64,000 nt of DNA from Macrostomum lignano. Taxonomy: Eukaryota. The position numbers and the translations under genes were made by a program. The stretch is from contig NIVC01002478.1 in the NCBI GenBank assembly GCA_002269645.1, positions 74,462 through 138,461 on the forward strand, in the 5' to 3' direction. Under the pieces are notes generated by a model. That model searched no databases, was not told the DNA's origin, and saw nothing but the letters and a program-made list of their open reading frames with translations. Positions 60,201 to 64,000 of the stretch are shown here, piece after piece (the first letter of the stretch is position 1; each line of letters begins with the position of its first letter).

Positions 60201-60359
60201 GCCGCAGAGTTCGAGCCCACGGTCAATTGGATCACCGACGCTTGCAGTGCTGCCACCTCCTTCCAATGATTCATAGATGCTCATTAGCTCGCTGAATATT
60301 GCTGACAGGCTGTCTGCCGCAGCGTCAACAGTTGCGTCAGAATTTTGCGACTCGGACAT
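57206..60359 (-). CDS. IGBP1: IGBP1 / alpha4 / TAP42 (PP2A-family regulator), ~363 aa; exons 60359-59877 and 57813-57206, with an apparent 1-bp deletion at 57739-57742
   Basis: LGLFSSNEQLDDVPTNELKYLLLP; RAKKIER...KELE; DEEDKRNFYLKLLERW; VFGAGYPSLPAYSVDEW; C-terminal LRAWDDWKDFNRRGDGNRYRKG; phase-0 GT-AG intron. Confidence 0.92.
57889..59873. repeat. 23-bp minisatellite filling the IGBP1 intron (GAGGCTACTTATTCAGCATG[GA/AG/AC]T), ~86 copies
   Basis: Direct periodicity with three variant units. Confidence 0.97.
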
Positions 60360-60539
60360 TGTTGAACTGATTTTTTATAAGCAAATTTTTTATGATGAAG
60401 CACAGAAATTATTGCATATAGCATTATGCTCAGGATCTCAATAGTGTTAGAAGTCCCAGTTCAATAAATATCAACAAATTTTAAGGAAGAGAATGTTTAG
60501 ACCAGAACTTCCAGAAGAGTCTCAAGATTAAGTTACCAA

Positions 60540-60850
60540 TGAGGCAAGATATATGAGCTTCAAAGGTGACTTGACTGAAGCCGAGTCTGTAAGGTTTGCC
60601 AATGACACCGTCATTCTCGCCTTCAGTGGCGAATCTCCCCAGCATCAACTGGAGCACCACCAAGATGCAGCTCCCGGAGTTGGTCACAGAGAAGGCCTGT
60701 CTAACCACCACATTGTAAGAGGGACAGGGCGTTCTACTCTGGGGCCAGAACGATCGATGAGATCCGCAGTCCCCGGATGGCCTTCAAGGACCCTCTACAT
60801 GGGCCTCTCCACCGACTGGGAGTGCCACGCGTAGAGGACTGGCCACGCTG
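60540..60850 (+). mobile_element. Possible decayed non-LTR RT fragment
   Basis: VRFANDTVILAFSGES...QHQLE resembles the (Y/F)ADDxV motif; only one motif visible. Confidence 0.3.
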
Positions 60851-61767
60851 CCTATGTTGGAGCATGGAAAATGATCTTTCGCTTCAGCCCAAACGCTGGT
60901 AGTTTTAATTATAGAAAATCTGCACATAGTGGCATTCTGTGGGGTCAAGGTAATAAGCTTGCTGATGAAATATATGCTTTAAATTCAAAATTGAAGACAT
61001 TCATTAGCCATGTAATGCAGAATATATTAATTACAATGCCTGATTGGCTCATTGGCGTTTGTAAAGAGAAGAAAGTTATGTACATTTGCTTTCTATTCGC
61101 GAACACATTATTGAGTTTTGGAATATTGTAAATTTAAAAACACCAGATGCTGCTAATTCAATTTTTCTACTCAACTTTGCCACCATGATTGGCCAAATTG
61201 CTGGTGGCCATGGTCTCAATGAATAAGCTTGTATTATTTAATAGCTAGCATCATTTAGAATAAATGCTATATAAAAAAGAAATGTTTGTAACATGAAACT
61301 AATTTGCAAGAATTCTGCATTGTGTGGACAATGAATAAGTCACGTGCGACCCACAACTGTCAATTCAAACCCAACCTTCAAGTCATCATTTAGTTTGCAC
61401 CCAGGTTGCACCCGGATGAACCAATCAAAGTCTATTAGCTATGGTAACCAATCATGCACTTTTACAGTAGACTAGTTGCGCAACTTTCTACACTGTCATG
61501 CTTGACAGCCACCGAATCGCGACCCTTTGACATTTACAAAAAAGTGATGGACGACCTCGAGAGAGGTTCATTTGCCTATAAATACAAGTGGTCCGAAGCA
61601 GACCCGGAGCCAAAAAATTCTCCTCAAGAGAAGAGCTCCGAAGAGGAAGCCGAAGTCAGACTTCCTAGACCAAGACTTGGTCAAGTTGTTGCGGTAAGCC
61701 TTCCTTATTTGCACCCGTTGTTGTTAGAGACGTCTCACTTAAGTCCAGTGTGAATTGAGTTTAGTTT

Positions 61768-61838
61768 GAGTCTGTTGAGACTCTTGAGTCTGTTGAGACT
61801 CTTGAGTCTGTTGAGACTCTTGAGTCTGTTTAGACTCT
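61768..61838. repeat. 18-bp hairpin tandem repeat (GAGTCT-GTTG-AGACTC-TT) x4
   Basis: Direct reading; 6-bp stem in each unit, perfect in the first three. Confidence 0.85.
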
Positions 61839-63779
61839 ACTGGTTGCAGTCTCTAGAAGGCAGTTGAGATTTCGGAACAGAAAATTATACCATTCTGTTC
61901 AGTTTTTCAAACTCTTTCCAACGGTGTGATTCACTTTTCTGTAGCTCTGTAGATCTTAGAAGACTATCAGTGGTTTCCGGAGCTACTCCTAGAGTGCATA
62001 GAAGCACTGCTAGAAGGAGGCTTAATTAAGACTGCACCTGGCACAGGGTACCCATTGTAATTGGAAGCTTCCCATTGGTCCAAATGATAGATTCCGGCCG
62101 GAACTACTTCTACGGAAGAGAAAGGAACTCGGACCTGATCTACGAACACTAGACATCTAGAAGCCGACGAGATCTACTATCAGATCTGCATTGAGGACTA
62201 CACCAAGGTCTGCTCAAGAAGCATCGAGATTACTAATCTGGATTTAAGGTAATTAAGTACCTGCAGTTGACTTACTGGTTTGCCTAGCTATTGAGCTAGA
62301 AGTGATTGTTTCTTGATTACAGTTGAGGACTGGTAATAAGGAACACATCACTTATCCTAGTATCAACTTGTATCTAATTACACTCAAAATCAGAAATTAA
62401 AAGACAATACCGCCTTGTTCTTTGACCACCTATTTTTAATTTAGAATTACTGCTAATAGCATTTATATTATCAAAGTAGACTTAGTCTACTAATATAACT
62501 ATAACTCTATAAATTGTATTTGTATTTGTGGGCATTAAAGCATATATATATTTATTTAGTTAGTATAATATAAAAGGTTAAATATTAAATATTTAACTTA
62601 ATTAACTTTAACTTTAACTTTAATTAAATATATATATATATATATTAGTATAGTAAATAATATATAGCATTACAGTCTAAGTCTACATTGTTAAAATGAA
62701 TCAAATGATAGGCCCAGTTATAATTATTATTATCATTAAAATATGGTACATGGTATAGTATAATAATATGCAATTTAAATAAATTATATGTAGACAAAAT
62801 ATATTTAAATTTGCTTTCTATTTTTATATTTTCACTTTCTAGGTCTAGATAAACTTTTGCCTCTACTTTAACTACTTGTATAGCAGCCATAGATATAGCC
62901 CAGTCTCAGAAAACTCTCAGGCCTAAGGATAAAGCATTAAAGCAAAGCTCACTTTTAGGCTTCTTGAAAGGCAGTCAGGGCAATGGCAATGCAATAGCTA
63001 GTGCTCTACCTAAGAATAATACACCTCTAAGTGTTAATGCAGTTGCTAATTGCTACTTCTAATACTGAGACTGAAGTTAAGCCACAGCCACAAAGCAAAA
63101 AATTAAAGACTAGTACCACTTTGTATTCATAGCTATCTAGACAGTCTAGGCACAAGATTTGCTAGTTACCAACAAGATAATAGCCAATTGTATTGCCTAA
63201 CATGCCTCTAGTTAGGCAAGGAGCTACAATATTATCCACGAGTTTCCCATTGGCAGCACTGCTGCCGCAGCTCATATATACTTGCCTCCCGCAGCTGGGG
63301 AGTGAATTTTGTGTCTATGGCTTGCACGATCGCATCCAAGCAGCCCCGTTTTCTCCCGTAACAGCAGTTGAGCTGCCACAGTAGTATTTCAAAATTATTT
63401 AGATTTAGACATAGCAAAAAGTATCTATCACTTATAACAGATAGTCGCTTGTTTGTGTTATGCTTTCATGCATTAGCATTTCAGTGCAGTTAAATGTTCA
63501 TTATATGTTCTCTCAGTCAGAGTTATATACACGTCAGAGTTATATACACGTCAGAGTTATATAAAATCGATTTCATTGCAATTTGCAATCAAGACTCACA
63601 AATCTGACAAATTACTAACAGTGATTGAACTGTCATCTGAGGAAGAGCTGTTCGCATGCAGAATTTATTGGGTACACACAATGAAAAACAGCATTGACTC
63701 ATAGAAATTCAAACTAACAGAACATGTAGGTGCACGCAATGACAAAAAAGAGCATTAGCTCATAGAAATAGGATAGGAT

Positions 63780-64000
63780 GTCACGTGACAGTTCAACAAC
63801 GATACGTTCGGAGAGCAACAACTGCAGTGCATCTTGGCCGAATAAGTTGTTGTGGGCCTGCACCGTTGAATGAATAAGAAAGTTCCATAAGTAGCCGCTG
63901 CTTGATTCCGCCAGACAGTATAACTTGATCCCAAGTTTTGCTTTCTTGTTCGGCATGTACTGGCAAAAATGAAGCCTGCCTTTGAAAAGTATCAATGACT
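63780..64000 (-). mobile_element. piggyBac-family (PGBD4-like) transposase fragment, running off the window edge
   Basis: SLILFKGRLHFCQYMPNKKAKLGIKLYCLAESSSGYLWNF...SERIVVEL, matching the recalled DES..FKGR..QY.P.K..K.GIK signature. Confidence 0.8.

Noticed and set aside
62890-63400. Possible hAT/TTF zinc-finger transposase N-terminus (QLYCLTC)
   Set aside because: Many stops and only a CxxC motif; insufficient to call.

Overview
AT-rich eukaryotic genomic DNA with GC-rich exons and spliceosomal introns. About one third of the window (roughly 20 kb by my estimate) is about 29 distinct tandem arrays. The style is consistent with a free-living flatworm such as Macrostomum; that is an inference only. 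Genes reconstructed by hand, with splice phases checked: partial MSS51/ZMYND15-like gene (+), intronless RNF168-like RING E3 (+), 6-exon synaptotagmin-12 (+), 11-exon ZSWIM8/Dora/EBAX-1 (-, ~1792 aa), intronless CUEDC2 (-) and 2-exon IGBP1/alpha4/TAP42 (-, with a 1-bp frameshift in a homopolymer). Mobile DNA: a decayed full-length mariner, a long-TIR mariner derivative whose transposase HTH segment has become a 128-bp satellite, several MITEs (three with 8-bp TSDs), two copies of a tRNA-headed SINE with a MIR/CORE-like centre, LINE remnants and a piggyBac fragment. Most striking observation: in three introns the minisatellite unit is a near copy of that intron's own exon/5' splice junction. 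In two of them the array starts at the donor and fills almost the whole intron. No CRISPR, rRNA or true tRNA genes were seen. All homology calls are from recalled family sequences, not from searches.
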